From assembly GCA_964304625.1 (NCBI GenBank), contig OZ199840.1, positions 2,148,532 to 2,212,531 on the forward strand: 64,000 nucleotides of DNA, written 5' to 3'. Under the pieces are notes generated by a model. The model was not told the origin of the DNA. It ran no database searches and saw only the letters and a list, made by a program, of their open reading frames with translations. Both the position numbers and the translations under genes were made by a program. Shown in pieces: positions 63,131 to 64,000 of this stretch. Origin of the DNA: Kudoa neothunni (lineage: Eukaryota > Animalia > Cnidaria). Positions within the stretch are counted from its first letter, which is position 1, and each line of letters begins with the position of its first letter.

Positions 63131-64000
63131 TTTAAGATATTGTCAATAAGAATTAATTATGTTATAAAACAAAAATAATCGTGTAGATTTTTATCATGCC
63201 GACTCTTTCAAAATGAATTTAAGTACTTTAACGATAGTTTACAGTATTTATAATAAAGAACGCACTTTTTTATTGCTTGTAATATTAGTAAAAAAAATTT
63301 TTATTGAATTTAGTAAATACCTAAGTTTATATATTATAAATATTTTCTAAATATATATCGATCGAATAGTAAAAAAATATAGCTAAAAGTTGTACATAAA
63401 AAATTAAACATCAACTGACTCGATCAATAAATACACGTTGTAACGATGAATAGGGTTAAATAATAATTTTATATATGCGCCGTAAAGAGAGCTGCTACAG
63501 TCTACAAATTATCAATGGTTTATTTAAGATGCATAACTAAGGTAATATATTGTTATAATTAACCTCAAAAATGATGTTGAATAAATCATAAAATATATAT
63601 TGATAATATAAATAAAGTTAATTTAAATTTTTGATTCCATCCATATTGAAAATTCTGAAAATGTAAATTTTTAAAACAACATAATATGAAACAAATGTTG
63701 CTTTAAAGAGTCGTCCGTTAGTTAAACGATAAATTTATAATTTATATCCAAATCGAACTGTATTTGGATTCCACTATAAAAATTTTACATATAATGATTT
63801 AATTTTATAATGCAATTAAGATTTCTTGTTTATAAATAACCATAAAGAATAAAATCTAATTTATAAAACGAATGTATCGGTTTATCTAAATTTCACTAAG
63901 GCCAAAATCACTCTAAAAATTTATTGTAAATATGTCCGGTTTAATGTAAAAATATTACAGTACAACGATCAAGCATCCAAACAGCGAGAGTAAAACAATC

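Overview
This is an AT-rich eukaryotic window (roughly 30% GC by eye) made mostly of decayed, nested transposable elements. I can support only two intact host genes, both on the minus strand and both with 39-48 nt GT-AG introns. The first is a 6-exon, 424-aa secreted LCAT/lysosomal phospholipase A2 (PLA2G15-like) gene at 8251-9741. The second is a 2-exon, ~1277-aa type I membrane protein with no family I recognise, at 27883-31758. It has a signal peptide, a Cys-containing head, a ~950-aa coiled-coil stalk, a Ser/Thr linker, a TM helix and a short Tyr-containing tail. A pseudogenised tandem paralog (14852-18676) was duplicated together with ~1.7 kb of upstream DNA. It has lost half of its TM helix and shares patchy high-identity tracts with the intact copy, including a 203-bp perfect match. 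This pattern suggests a variable surface-antigen family undergoing gene conversion (inference). The TEs include piggyBac, several hAT groups (Buster/SPIN, Tip100-like, TAGGG-type), pogo/Tigger, IS630-Tc1 DD34E, Merlin, non-autonomous Helitrons, Ty3/gypsy, copia, very short solo LTRs and a tRNA-derived SINE. One IS630-Tc1 clade appears to carry a host-sized spliceosomal intron. The tiny introns and animal-type gene and TE content suggest a reduced parasitic animal such as a myxozoan; this is inference and not verified. All alignments and counts were done by eye.
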